A stretch of DNA of 63,978 nucleotides, filler included, from Lenisia limosa (GCA_001655205.1; 16 parts of 16 records of this genome joined end to end with filler, not necessarily neighbours in it), one strand, 5' to 3'; positions 26,460 to 40,381 are shown, counted from the whole stretch's first letter. Numbers and translations are program-made. The notes: generated by a model from the letters alone, not told the origin.

Positions 26460-27490
26460 ATGAGAACTTACTGCAGATAAAGCGAGTGACGAAACCATTT
26501 GACACCTTTGGTATCTTCAGTTGTCTTCTGGTTCGTTCACAATACGGATTGTCCAAAAAATAAAACCTTTTTTTTTTATCTGGATCTCTCCCAACTTGGC
26601 TTTCTAATACCTCGTCATATCTGTGCATATGGGTTGTCAATGGATAATTTGGTGAACGTATTTTGAAACTTTGCATTTGTTTCCAAAGTATTTTCTTTCT
26701 ATTTGTGGGGGCTATACGTGAATATTTTAGAAGCAATATCAAAAAGGATATTTTTGTAAAATTAGGCGAATTTTAATAGTTTAAGAAATAAGAGGTTATC
26801 AAACACAGAATGAATTCACCCAATCATTTGCACACACCTGTAGTAAAAGACATAGTTATATAATTATGATTCTACATGTTAGTAGATTGTCATTATGTTT
26901 ATGTTTGTCATCTTCTCAACATCATCTTTTGGCCTTGTTGGAATGATTGAACAGTCCTAAAATATTAATTTCGGTTTTTACTATCAATCAAAACACTCCT
27001 CCTCTGGAGTTTTACCAAGCTGAACAAGCTCAAACCCCGGCTTCCTCATCCACAATTATAACAGCATGAACACTTTCAATCAGCCCAAGGTTTGAATGAC
27101 AGAGGAGTTGCCCAAGAATGTGGTCCTTAGCGTGAGCACATTAGATGATATGAAGAAAAATCTATTGTACCACCAGCCGAGGATGGCCAGCATCTCCTCA
27201 TCCTATTATGGTTATTAAAGAGTGGGTGTAAGAGAACAAAACAAAATATTTTGTTGATTTAAGGGGAGCAAAAAAAGCGTTATACAGGAAGGTGGCAGGC
27301 AGCTTGTTTTGATTGTCGTTGATTATCTGAATATTAACCTTGTTTGCGAATTGCTCAACTGTAGCTGAAGACAGTACTTGTCCTTTGACGTTGATTCCAG
27401 TAATTGCAAATGGGTCAACGAGGGGAAGGTTGTTGGTGTTTAACTCAATCAGAGAAAAGATCCTGTCTTCGTAGCTTGAGCAGAGAAAAG
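26460..27490 (-). CDS. Unidentified multi-exon gene fragment
   Basis: Open blocks SYEDRIFSLIELNTNNLPLVDPFAITGINVKGQ..., DHILGQLLCHSNLGLIESVHAVIIVDEEAG and RQLKIPKVSNGFVTRFIC (followed by GTAAGT). Confidence 0.35.
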
Positions 27491-27789
27491 ATAACATCTT
27501 CTATAGTTGCTCATTCTGACCAATAATTACCTTTTTCTTTCTGAAGTTTCAAGTTTCTTCTTAAGAATAGGAAACATACCTCGTCTTGTTGTACTACGTA
27601 TTATTAACAGTTGAAAATTCGCCACACCTTTGCGCCTAAATAGGTTGACTTATGACAGGTAGAACGACCTCAAATAGATAGATCATTTAGACTGCGGCAG
27701 GTGTCACAACGACAGCATCTTTGATTAATTTGGGCTTTTTTTTTTTGCTTCAAATTTTTCCAATTTACTCCCCCTCCCCCACTCCCCCC

Positions 27790-27854
27790 GTGATTAGTAC
27801 CAATTCGCCATTATTCTTCATCGAAATTTCCTTCGTTTACCCCCCTCCCCTCAG
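27790..27854 (+). repeat. Splice-site-associated repeat family E (~80 bp)
   Basis: Approximate consensus TTTCAGATTATCCGGTTCGTGATTAGTACCTTTACGCCAATATTCTTCATCGAAATTTCCTTCGTTTACCCCC. Here it runs into the AG at 27853-27854. Other copies at about 1521-1600, 14790-14855, 36268-36330(-), 48275-48345 and 48590-48645. Confidence 0.75.
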
Positions 27855-30800
27855 TGACGACGATGCCATGACGGAAATTGATGACGTCATCTCCCTGGCG
27901 TCAGGCCCGTCTATCCAGCAGTCATGGCTGCCGTCTCACGTCTTGAAGGTTGGCGTCGGGGGGGGGGGGGNNNNNNNNNNNNNNNNNNNNNNNNNNNNNN
28001 NNNNNNNNNNNNNNNNNNNNNNNNNNNNNNNNNNNNNNNNNNNNNNNNNNNNNNNNNNNTTGATTTACAATTCCTTATCTCTAACTTTATTGTTCACAAT
28101 TCCTCATCTCCAACTTTGCTTTTCACAATTTCTCAATTTTCAGGCTCCCTCCACCCGGCTGTCCACCCGCTCAGTTCTCTCCAACTGCTCCCTCGAAGAT
28201 GCGAGAACAATTCAGGCAAGCAAGTAGGCGGGCTGCTCACTACACACGTTAAATAGTCTACACTAGTCATGTAAAATATAATGTATGTAATATACACTGG
28301 TTAGACATAGAGATAATATCAAAACCTAATAGTTGTGGGGGGGATACTAGGCATCAAAATGGGCAAAGAGTTGATTCGGGCTTTTTTTTTATTAAATTTT
28401 CCAATTTTACTCCTCCCAGGGAATGGGCAGCTGTTTGCCTGTGCCTTTTGGCGAAGCACCAACTCCCGGCTGCACAGGAGGTTTCGCAGATCCTTAACCA
28501 GGAAAACGTCATGTTCGGTTGGTTACGATATATTAGATAAACACTGGGTTACAAAATAAGTAGATTAGATAATTACAACATAATGGTATATTAGATAAAT
28601 CATAGGGTACAAGACAACTAAATGAGATCATTACAACATGATATTCTATTTCATAAATTATAGGGTACACAAAATGTATCATATTATATTATAGTATTTG
28701 TATTTATACAATACTTATACTATGTAATATTTACTTCTTACTAAGAATCTCACCTAGTAGAGAATTTGCCAATCACACACATGTTTTAATACAAAGCTGA
28801 GTCATTGAATATATACAGTACATATCATATCATATGAATTACCGAAAAAACCAGAATTTTGGGTTAGAACTGAACTGAGCCGAAGTAAAGCATTAAGGAT
28901 AAGTCTTCCGATTTTCCTTGGGAAATCATAACCCCAAATGGGTCAAGACTTAACCCGGTCACTGTACATATATTTTTACTCCTATGAATCTAACGGAGTA
29001 GAGAATATGCCCATCACCCGTCCTGGAATGAACGCCCCTCTCCAGCACTCTGTTTTCATGGACTTGGTTGGAGGAGGGGGGGGGNNNNNNNNNNNNNNNN
29101 NNNNNNNNNNNNNNNNNNNNNNNNNNNNNNNNNNNNNNNNNNNNNNNNNNNNNNNNNNNNNNNNNNNNNNNNNNNNNNNNNNNNNNNNNNNNNNTCAAGA
29201 CTGTAGTTTTTTTACATGGGATATATCGCATTAAAGACATTATTTTTTCACTATTTAGTAAGCATTTGAAATGTTAGTTTTATCTGGAATTCGTACGGAA
29301 TATTTATTGTAATTGTTTGAATTCCCTCTATTTACGTTTCTATTAAAATCGGTGCCAAATACATACATGTGGATACAGATTTTCTTAGCCTACTAACCAA
29401 ATAAGGCTGTTACATGTCTGTCAAGTGAAGCCACTTCAGTAGCAATTACCAGCGCCGCCGCCATTGTCAATGCTTGGAATGAAGGTTGTGGGGGTCAGGG
29501 GTCAGAATTTAAAGTAACCATTGAGTCTTGGCTGGTTTTCCTTCAATAAATTTCTTAAATTAGAAATATAAGAATATGAAACGGATCTCTCTTTCAGTAT
29601 GACCCATTTCAAGTTTTGAAACTAATTTCTCAACTAATTCGTTTCAAATATAGACTTCTCGATATAATATCAATGTCTTTTTCGAACCGAGTGAAGTCCT
29701 TTTTGCATCTCAGGATTTGCTCAGTCTTCTTTTGTTTCGGAACTAGAAATAGTACTTTTAGTCAATGGAAAATATATTGAAACAAATTAAACTGTTCCCA
29801 GGCCTAATCTACTCGATTATTAAAAAATGAAAAACCTATTGAAACAAATTAACCTTATTCTCAGGCCTGATCCACTCGATTCCCGCAATCCAACCCGCCA
29901 TTATCGCTAACACTCTCTCTATCCTGGCAAATTCAACCTCAGAGGGTAGGAGGTTGAGTATGTAATATCCTTCTGACCAGCTAACCTCGGCTATTATTTA
30001 TATTATGTTTAATATGCCATTGATTTAATATCCCAGATCAGTACTTTCTATGGATTTACTATCACCCAAATTCGATTATTTCTATGGATTTTACCATAGC
30101 CAGATTCTCACATTTCTTCGGATTTTACAAGAGCCAGATTCGCACATTTCTGTGGATGAAATCACGACGAGTCTCAAAGCCGTTGCGATCATGTCCCTCA
30201 ATCGTGGGTATTTGGTAAATCTTCTCATTTGGTCCCAAAAATACTGACTGTTCGATAATGCTCAATAAATACTTAATAAATCTATTTTCCTCGTACAAGG
30301 TTTAAGGAAATAAGTAATGTTTGTTGCGGTGCTTATACATAGTATGCCATTAATAAGGATTATTTTTTCACCGTTTCATTCTTAACCTTTCCATTCTTCA
30401 CCTTTTAAGCCTTCAACGCTCGGTCAGTTGTTAGAGTGGCGGCAGTTAGATGCTTCATTAAGTTCCTTACGGTTGATCAACCCGTGGTATGTGTGAAATT
30501 AAATTATTATGGATGTATTGTGGTCATCGAATACATATGATATATCATATTAAATCATATGATCATATGATAATATATTATGATAACATGAAATATGTTA
30601 AAACGTGTATATTATAGTATATCATATTCTTTGTATAATACTGATATATTACAGCGATAAAACATACATGTACATATTACATATATTAGCCTGATTGATT
30701 CTCCCACCCTTCTAGCAACTTTTTACGAAGATATCCACACTTCTTACCCACTTTTTGCAAAGATTCCCCACCTTCTGACTATCTTTTTACAGTGCCTTGT

Positions 30801-32282
30801 GGAGGGAATTTGCAGTGTCCTTGCACCCGCGGTTAGAGACCCCAAGGCAAGANNNNNNNNNNNNNNNNNNNNNNNNNNNNNNNNNNNNNNNNNNNNNNNN
30901 NNNNNNNNNNNNNNNNNNNNNNNNNNNNNNNNNNNNNNNNNNNNNNNNNNNNNNNNNNNNNNNNNNNNNNNNNNNNNNNNNNNNNNNNNNNNNNNNNNNN
31001 NNNNNNNNNNNNNNNNNNNNNNNNNNNNNNNNNNNNNNNNNNNNNNNNNNCACCAGTAGGGGATGATGATGTGGGTTACTCTTGTACTCTTCTTTTTTGG
31101 AGGGAGTGATTGATGACTTCTCTAGCTATTTCCTTTTAAGGCAATCTCCCCTTCTTTCCTCTTTAGGTAACTCGTTTATTTCCTTTTTAGGCTTCCCATT
31201 CCGCCTTGCTGAGCTGGTTGCTTCTGACACTGAGGTTTCTTCTGTTGCCACCGCCACTCTTGCCCCTGTATGGGGGGGGGGGGGTAGAANNNNNNNNNNN
31301 NNNNNNNNNNNNNNNNNNNNNNNNNNNNNNNNNNNNNNNNNNNNNNNNNNNNNNNNNNAAATTTCCTATAAATCCCTGAATAAAATTGTCGATATTGCTT
31401 GGAATTAGGGATTCACTTCGGTTCGAAAAGAAAGACTGAATTTCTCGATATATATTCTAAAAATATCGACATTTTACTAGTGTTTTTTGAACCGAAGCGA
31501 AGCCCTATGAAACTGATAATTGACCTTCCAGTGGCTGGCAGACCCTCGCGAAGCCAGATACCTTGTCAAAGCAGGTTGGCTGACATCATATGGAGAGAGT
31601 TTTGTACAACTCCCAAAAGAAAATTTACATTTTGCCTGTTTTGGGCATTATGTCACTTCCGTTTACAAAAAATGACGGAATCCTCGATAAATGTCGATAG
31701 ATATCGATATTGTTTTCTTTGTCACGGCAATATCAGAATCAGTTTAGAGGAGGAGTGGGTCATTTTGTAGGACTTGTTGCTCCCATTACTGCGTACATTC
31801 TGAAGCGATCCATGCAGAAGCGGAAGGCCGGCTTTGAAAGTGGGCGACTTCTTCATGTATAATATATGATGTATGTAATATAAGAAGTGCGATGTACTAA
31901 GTGCGGACTATGGTGCAGGAATCTAATCACCACGTTCCTCATCACCGTTTCAGACACGGCCGCACAGGAGCTTGAGCCCCTTATTTCCGGACTTGCCAGT
32001 TCACATGTCGAAGTTCGCTACTAAACATTTTTATATAGGACTATCTAAACAGTACTATTATTCCTAGGACTCTCTGAAAATATATTTGTTTTATTTTGGG
32101 CCTTTCTTTTGTTGTTGTTTCATAAATTGTCCGATTTTACCCCCCCCCCCCACTAGGTCCGCACAGCGCTTTCCCTCGCAATCCGGACCTGTGTCAGCCA
32201 ATGGCGTCCCGGGGCCCTCGCAGTGGTCTCGTCGTTGGACCTTCTTAATGCCGTTCTTGATGCCGGCCTGGATAGATCCAGG
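27855..32282 (+). CDS. Large helical protein fragment (possibly HEAT/ARM-like), at least 12 exons
   Basis: GT-AG exons include DDDAMTEIDDVISLASGPSIQQSWLPSHVLK, EWAAVCLCLLAKHQLPAAQE, AVTCLSSEATSVAITSAAAIVNAWNE, PSTLGQLLEWRQLDASL, WLADPREARYLVKA, DTAAQELEPLISGLASSHVE and VRTALSLAIRTCVSQWRPGALAVV. The fold assignment rests on Leu/Ala amphipathic character only. Confidence 0.65.
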
Positions 32283-32733
32283 GTGAGTGGTTTGATGTGT
32301 GTACACTGACCGGGATAAGTTTTGAACGATTTGCTATTTGTTTCAATGAAAATCGGTCAAGCCTAATCCCGGCCACTCACTCTATGTTCATAATACAAGT
32401 CTTGGCCTATCTTCCTTGGGAAATCTCCTGTGTTGATTTTGTGTTATTCCCCCTTAATGTCCCTTTTAGACTGGACTTGGCTTTGTTTGTTTTGTTGATA
32501 TCAACCCTTGTGTGCTGTCAGCCAACAGAGTNNNNNNNNNNNNNNNNNNNNNNNNNNNNNNNNNNNNNNNNNNNNTTAATTAATTAANNNNNNNNNNNNN
32601 NNNNNNNNNNNNNNNNNNNNNNNNNNNNNNNGCACACCCCTCTAATTGTCCATCGTCCACCTCAAGCTCGTTTGCTTCTTGTCCTCTCCGCCTCTCAAGG
32701 GGGTCACTCCCCACAATGTGTTCACCACCGTCC

Positions 32734-32947
32734 ACCGTACACCGCCACTATAAAAAACACGAAAACCGTACACCGCCACTGTTTTTCGGAACCCTCCTGT
32801 GTGCTGTCTGAGGGAGATGGATTGTTGTTATTTTGGGTGTTTTTTTTTTCTTTTTTCTGGGATAAGAGATGGACAAAATACGCCAAAAATACGCTGTACA
32901 CCGTACACCGCCACTGAAAAATACTTTGAACACCGTACACCGCCACT
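32734..32947 (+). repeat. Four exact copies of the 16-mer ACCGTACACCGCCACT, arranged in two pairs
   Basis: Copies at 32734, 32765, 32900 and 32932 (periods 31 and 32 nt within pairs). Confidence 0.95.
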
Positions 32948-34539
32948 TTTATCAACCATCAGAGTGGAGGTGAACATATTTTGGGGAGTGACACCCCCTT
33001 TGCCGCCTCCAAGCCCTCCCGCCCTCCTGTGTAGAGGGGAAGCTGAATGAAGCATGAACCTCCTCGAGCACGGTGGATAGTTTCCTCGGATAGTTTATTA
33101 CCGTGGTACTCCCTATCATGCAATCTTGTCGATATGGTGACCATGGTGTTTAAAGAGAATGCAAGAAACAAGCAAGAAATAAGGATTAAAAGATCAATCA
33201 AGAACTGACAATTGAATTGAACCAGGGATTTTTCGTGAGAAACGTGAGGAAACAATATATTAATGAAATAGCACAACACAAATAATAATAATACCCTATC
33301 ATACATGAAACAAAATTACCTAGGTAGAATGCGGGGATAGCTCGGGATTTAGTACAGCCTCATCCTCATCCTCCTCTTTAACCCTGCCGATCGTGGATTC
33401 CCTATGTGAAAGGACAGCCGCTCGCAGAATGGCACCTACTGCGTGAAACGGATGCATTTAATATCTATGGATAATAATAAAATAAAAGAGGACGGAAACC
33501 AGCTCAGATTGCTTAATTACCAAAGCAAGTTGCCTGACAGTCCCCAGTTTGAACCTTAGGCTGGTTCAGAGGAGAGTAGTGGTTTGTTGAATGGGGGGGG
33601 GGGGCAAACCTTCACGGAGCATTGNNNNNNNNNNNNNNNNNNNNNNNNNNNNNNNNNNNNNNNNNNNNNNNNNNNNNNNNNNNNNNNNNNNNNNTTTTGG
33701 ATCAGACGCCGTCTCAACCTCGTCTCTATTTCCATTACAGCAAAGTCCATAGTAGTTTGTTTTTATTCCCCTTTTTTATTTTCAAGACTGTATTTTCCTC
33801 AAAACAAATTTCAAAAATAACAACATGGGGCAACATCAATCATTCTTGTAACGCATTACAATTAATTACTACTACTATGGTGAAGCTAAATGTAAAGTGA
33901 ACGGGATCGGTCTTGAACGATTTGCTATATGATTTCTCAAGGAAAATATGCCAAGACTTATCCCGGTCACAGTATATCTTATGGTGTTAAACCCCCCTCA
34001 CAGAGACTGACGAAGCACTCGGTCATCTTTGAGGTGGCGTGTCACAGCACTTGCCTGTCCTGATAGGGACGGAGGAAGGGAAGTTACAATACAGTCCACC
34101 ATAGACTCCTTCCATTTGTAGCACTGCTCTCCCCTACAATGTGACTGTGATCATTGGCCATCCCTCCAATAAGTGATTTTATAGTATCATACTAATTCAA
34201 TCATTTGCCTTACAACTCTGTGCCTCCCCAAGGTTATAAATACTACTTCATTTCAGACTACATGAAACAAAGGAGCAAAGACCCACATCATTCCCTCATT
34301 GATCATTTGGGATCTGATTGTTGGAACCTAAATCGGTGAGCAAATCGAAGGATAATCATCAACAAATCTATCCTACTAGAATATGGCTGAAACACTATCA
34401 TAAAACGCATACTCAGAGAGTCTTCTCAAAAGCATAAGACCGACATACTTTGGGCTTAGGGTTTCTGACGAAAGTTATTCGGGCAAGATTCGCAGAGGGG
34501 CCAAGGTTCAACTACTCCAGGTTAATTCATCAGTTCCAG

Positions 34540-37135
34540 AGCCTTTACGTTGTATTGTGTTCGGAATACTGGAAGCTCTCAATATGGGCATGGTTCCTAA
34601 TTTTGATTTTATATAATTATGAAAAATGAAACGACCTCTTACCGCAGTTGGCCGCGGGCTCTCGTATTCGCTCAAATTTGACGGTGACCGTGCAAGTTGA
34701 TGGGGTTCCTGCATCGAAAGGGCAGGTTGCAGGATGGGGGATTGCTAGAGGGGATAAGACAACAGCGGCATCAAATCAATACAGGGGTGATGGGATGGGA
34801 TAAGGGGGTATGGGGGGTGGGTGATTAATATCGGGGAAACTAAAAGGAAGCCGTAACTTACATTCCGTATCATTTCAAATATTCAGCTAGCATAATTGAT
34901 TTTTGGGTTTGTTAGTACGCCCACATACGCTAGATGTGGCAGAGGAGAGGGGGTTGGAGTGGGCAGAGAGCGGCTGAAGACCACCCCCTCCTGGGCCCTT
35001 GAGGTGGGAGTCTGTGGTGTCATGGTATGGATAATGAGGATAATGAAGACTTCTCTGGAGTCCGAGAAAGATCGGTTTTATATCAACATTTATTGAGGAT
35101 TTATCGAGAAATTCAGTAGTTTTTGGACCAATGTGAAGTCCTAAGGATTGAAATGAGCCGATTCTGCAGGACAAGAAGGGGTAGACAAAGTCTAGATGAT
35201 GTATGATATTGCCTACATTGTGCTTTTCATATTTTGAGAAGAGTTTATCATAGTCTACTGTAACTCGGTTCACATCATTTCAATCAAATAAGAAATAATA
35301 ATAATAATAAAACAAATCAAATTGAATATCATATTATATTTTCCTTTCTGAAGAGTCAAGAGGAATTTATCCCTCCAAAGATACCCTATTTCCACCCACC
35401 TAGGCTCAATGGAGGAACGGAAGGTGTTGATGTTGCCATTGTCATTGTTTCATCATCTTCAAGAATGACTGCGGGCTACAGAGGTAACTTGACGAAATGG
35501 TGCTGAGTTCCTATAAATACATACAATGTAACATGGATGATCTTGCTGATTCAGCCAGTTTCCAAAATAACCACCAATTTTTAGAGAAGCCATATTATGG
35601 ACAACCATCCCATACCATGGCGGGGTGCGGAGAAGAGTTGGAGTAGCTTTCATCCCCCATTCGGCTTGACCCCGATGCCGCTCTTGTCAATGCTGGAACG
35701 TGAGCGTCTTCAGAATTATCGCTTCGTAAGTGTTTTTTTAATGAAACACTTTGGGAAAAATATCCACTAAAATGTTTTGTCGATATGTATTATTGTGAAG
35801 CCCTACTTAAACTATATCATTAAAGATTCCTTTGATACGAATAGCGACCCACCATGCTGGGTGTGAATAGTGTCAGAGCTGGTTGAGTATGAGCGAAGGC
35901 CTCCTAGAGCGTGAAGAAAGCTGTCAAAAAGAGTAAAAACCCCATTTTCTACCTCCTCCACCAATCAACCAAATTCAGACCCCTCTCACCACCGTCTGTT
36001 TTGCGCGATCGTAAAAGGAATGGTGAATTACTTACCTGGATGGTGTGAAAAAACAAAACAAATTGAATCAACATAGGGAAGAAAGCAATGTGCACAATTA
36101 GGGCTTCACTTCGGTTCGAAAAAAAGACTGAATTTCTCGATAAATCCTCGAACACTATCGCTATTTTACTGGTATTTTTCGAACCGAAGTATACACCACT
36201 CAACTTCATTTTCGAAAGACGTGAAAGGGAATCGGTCCATCGAATTGATACGCGACGACATGCCGCTCTAATGGGGTAAACGAAGGAAGCTTCGATGAAG
36301 AATGTATTATTGGACAATATTTGTACGAAACATAATAAGCACAAAATTTACTCTGTTGGCTGACAGCACTTAAATGGAAAAAAGGGAGAGAGGGTTATAA
36401 CTTCACTATAGCAGGACCTCTCACGGCCAAAATCTAAAGTGTAATATCACGCCCCTCTTGGGACAAAAACACACAACCCACCGGGATAACATTGAAGGTT
36501 GGCGGCACCAACGCTACATCGGATTTGTAGATTGTAGCGGTGAATAACGAAGTCGACAGTTTAGTAGCCACTTCATCAGTGGTGGAGACTGTATCAGGTG
36601 ATGCGTGGGCTTGGCAGGTTGCCGCTGAATGTCAGAGAAAACGACAGGGGCAAGAGCGAGACAAAACTGTGGTTACAAAAAACTGAATTCTCTATATAAT
36701 ATCTTCTTTAACTATCGATATTTTACTCATTTCAGTCTAACAAAGGAAGGGAGTTCATTATTCCATACTGTTGCATCCTATGGTGTAGTGATCACTGGAA
36801 TACTGAGTATAGTATGATAATAGTTCGCAATTGTTGTCAGTATTGCCTGAAATAACAACTGAAAGTGAGCAAAACGTCAGAGGTGTCTATGTTACAAGCA
36901 ACAAATAGAGTAAGGGGTTGTAACAATGAAACGGAGTAACCAGTGTTCTTGCCAATCCAAATGAGACAATAACCAGAATGAGCAACGAACCATAATTAAT
37001 AAAATAATTTGCCATTGTAGCGACGGCAATGACATGCCCCTTGCCTACCAGTTTGAAGAACACCAACAGGTCCCGGGGGGTCCCATAGAAGGTAAGAGTG
37101 CTGCTGAATGCCGACGACACCGCCGACCACCGGAC
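34540..37135 (-). CDS. Membrane protein fragment with a long Ser-rich region
   Basis: Exons VRWSAVSSAFSSTLTFYGTPRDLLVFFKL, LILVIVSFGLARTL, ...STTDEVATKLSTSLFTATIYKSD, SGMSSRINSMDRFPFTSFENE, DAHVPALTRAASGSSRMGDESYS and EPHQLARSPSNLSEYESPRPTA. Confidence 0.5.
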
Positions 37136-37719
37136 CTGTTTTGTTACAAGATTACAAGATCAAGTTATGATTTGATAGAAGACCGTTATCCAATAAGGCT
37201 ATGATCTGCTTTGACGTAAGTAGGGGTTCCAACAGTCCGAAAAAGACATCGATATTTATTGAGGATTAATCGAGAAATTCAGTTTTTTGAGGGACCGAAG
37301 GGAAACCATAGTCAGAAATGATAGAAATGTGGAAGTAAATTGAAAGGGGATGAGGTGGCGGTAAAACAATAGGCCAATTTACTTTCGAAAGGCATAAAAT
37401 ATCAAAAGGTGACGTAAAGCGGCAATCATTTCGAGATAGCACGAAANNNNNNNNNNNNNNNNNNNNNNNNNNNNNNNNNNNNNNNNNNNNTTAATTAATT
37501 AANNNNNNNNNNNNNNNNNNNNNNNNNNNNNNNNNNNNNNNNNNNNCCTTTTCATTCCCCTCCTCTCCTAATCTGGCATTTTGATCATCATCTAACATTG
37601 TCATAATTATCCGAAGTTTCAATCCCCCCATCCATATCAATAATCTATTATAATCGCCCTAACATGCCCCGTTATCATACAGAAATAGTGATATCCCTCT
37701 CTTCATAACCTTTGTTTAG

Positions 37720-39820
37720 TCCGGCGTTCTGGGCATCAAAATTAGGGGAAGGCGACTCGAAATCTTTGTGGCCGCTTGCATGCGTTTCATTAGTCTTGTG
37801 ACTCTGGGAATCTGTTACGCTGCAGGAGTGATGGTGGGGGAGGGGATGCGGTGCTGCAGAAGCGNNNNNNNNNNNNNNNNNNNNNNNNNNNNNNNNNNNN
37901 NNNNNNNNNNNNNNNNNNNNNNNNNNNNNNNNNNNNNNNNNNNNNNNNNNNNNNNNNNNNNNNNNNNNNNNNNNNNNNNNNNNNNCAGAGTTGATTTTGG
38001 GCCTTTTTTTTTTGTTTCATAAGTTTTCCAAGTTTACCCCCTCCCATAGATTCGTCTTAACGGGGCTGATGCACGCGGGTGGGTCACTTTGCTCTTCTTC
38101 GTGGGGGTCGCTCCCATTCTTTTTGCCTTCGCGTTTTTCAAGAAGTGGGGAGCGGGGGGGAGTCAATGTTTACTAAGAAATTTGGGTCTTGTGGTGAGGC
38201 ATCGTTTTCTAGCTTCACATTACATCATCACTATTCTCTAACTTTATATAGACCATCATCATTCTCGTGGCTCCCGAGGGAACATGTCTTCAAGAGAGCG
38301 GTTTTCATTGTACGTTTTTAGGCTGATTTCTGATTGTTTAAGATTTATATTTCTGTTTTCTCTTTATTAAGAACAGATTCCCCCTTCATTTTTACCAAAT
38401 TCTCACTTCACAGACGCTTCCGAACCATACCCCGGGAATTTTTGTTGCGTTCATAATGATGAAGACGCTGACTGGGCTTTTCCTTGGGTTTTTTGCAGAG
38501 CCACTACATCGCGCTTTCGCTGTCATCATTGTAGGACTAGGTAAGTGAATGCTAGTAATGTTTTTTTTTGAAAATAACTGAAAAGAAGAACTCGAATGTT
38601 GAACAGTTAGGCTCTCCGCATTTGGTTGAGAAATCAATTTTAAACAATTTATTTTGACCTGTCTTAGCCTTCATAAGAACTGTTGATTTTGTGTTTTTTT
38701 ATTATTATTATTTTTATTATTATTTTTTTTTTGTGTTGTTTTCTTTTCTTCATTAAATATCCATTCCTACTAACCCTAACCAGTTTTCTCATTCACCTCC
38801 TTTCATCACCCCCCCTTCATCTCATAATAACTTAGTCAACAGAGTTGATTTTGGTTTTTTTGGGTGTATGTTGCATAAAATTCTCCAGCTATATTCACAC
38901 ACACACACACACACACACATGCACACACCTTTCTCTTTTAGTCCTGACCTTGCCCCCCCCCCAGTCAGTATTCTCTTAGGGCTGATTGCAGAAGAAGACA
39001 AGTATCAGAAGTGGTGGCAGCTGGTCACGGCTGTTGCGACCTTCCTTATCGCCTTGTTTACTGTTGTGGTTCTGATTAGGTGGGGGGGGGTTATATGTGC
39101 CTGTGATTGTGGGGAAGGAACCTTGCTTATCGCTTTCTTTGCTGTGATTGTGGGGAAGGATTTGCATTGTGGTTTCTTCAGAAAAATCGGTGCGAATTAT
39201 CCCGGTGACTGAAAATTTACCATTCTTATCCCCCACCCTCTTTTGTTGTGATCAACCCTTGTGTGTTGGCAACTAACAGAGTTGATTTGGGATTTTTTTT
39301 TTTTGTTTCATAAATTTTCCAATTTTATTTCCCNNNNNNNNNNNNNNNNNNNNNNNNNNNNNNNNNNNNNNCTAGTTGTATCTGGGATTGCCACTCTGGT
39401 GATTTTCATGATCATTCGACGGGGAAGATCGTTGGTTCCTTCGTTCAACTCCAGAGGTATGTTGGGGAAGAAAGTGATTCGTTTTTTTCCATAACAAAAT
39501 CATTACATTTTCACATTGCTGCATCTACTAATTACATTCACCCATATCATGAGCAAATGACCGCATTTTGAGTCAAAATGATGAATCACGATAACAAGAG
39601 GGTTCTACCATATCATGCGTGAAATATTTTAGTTCACACGTGGAAATGATCCAAAAAGTGGCTTCGCAATCCAGTTGACGTTCACGTTGGCAATACTGCC
39701 CTCCCTTACCCCTCAGCCGTCCACCCGAGTGCAGTTGACCTCTTACATTTACTGGATGCTCCACTTGAAAACCGCAGTACCGTCCAAAGCCTCCCTAGTT
39801 GGTCACTGAGTAGTAGAAAT
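37720..39820 (+). CDS. Multi-pass membrane protein fragment
   Basis: Hydrophobic exons TLPNHTPGIFVAFIMMKTLTGLFLG, EPLHRAFAVIIVGL, VSILLGLIAEEDKYQKWWQLVTAVATFLIALFTVVVLIR and VVSGIATLVIFMIIRRGRSLVPSFNSR, then a phase-compatible VDVHVGNTALPYPSAVHP... tail. Confidence 0.55.
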
Positions 39821-39948
39821 NNNNNNNNNNNNNNNNNNNNNNNNNNNNNNNNNNNNNNNNNNNNTTAATTAATTAANNNNNNNNNNNNNNNNNNNNNNNN
39901 NNNNNNNNNNNNNNNNNNNNCCGTTAGTAACGCTTGAACCGCCCCCAC

Positions 39949-40225
39949 CTCAGCTTGTTCCAATGCTTGATCCTTCTGCTGTTGCCGCCGTGAAGAAGAC
40001 TTCTTTACAAGAGAACGTGCTCTTTCGGCTTCTTGTTGCCGTACCTAGTTGCTATTAAAGACGGCAATCAACTTACATGAATGATCCTCTGCTTTCTTGA
40101 AGAAGAAAGCGCAGAAAGCCGGCGCTGGCTTTCCTCCTCGGGAGACAATCGTAACACTGTAAAACGGTTACTAAAGAGAAGAAGATTGCAACGGAGAGAA
40201 GGGAGGTGGCGCGCAAACCTTTCAT
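39949..40225 (-). CDS. CEP295/KIAA1731-like centriolar protein, N-terminus
   Basis: ATGAAAG (40219-40225) plus two exons gives MKVLRLSPEEESQRRLSALSSSRKQRIIHVRQQEAERARSL. This resembles the CEP295 N-terminal motif LRLSPNEE...RRKLRLLQVREQER as I recall it; no database search was run. Confidence 0.6.
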
Positions 40226-40381
40226 AACGGAACTATTTGCATTGAACCTGGATATCTCTTGTCTTCTAAAGCAAACTACCTTATTTTACCAATCTTAAAA
40301 TAAGCAGCAACAAACGCTGAAAAATTAGAAAAATAATGGACAAAAAAGAGGAAGAGGACATCCAAATAAAAGAAAAAAATA

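Noticed and set aside
32734-32947. CRISPR array
   Set aside because: Repeats are only 16 bp, spacers are 15-16 nt with one 119-nt gap, there are no cas genes, and the context is eukaryotic.
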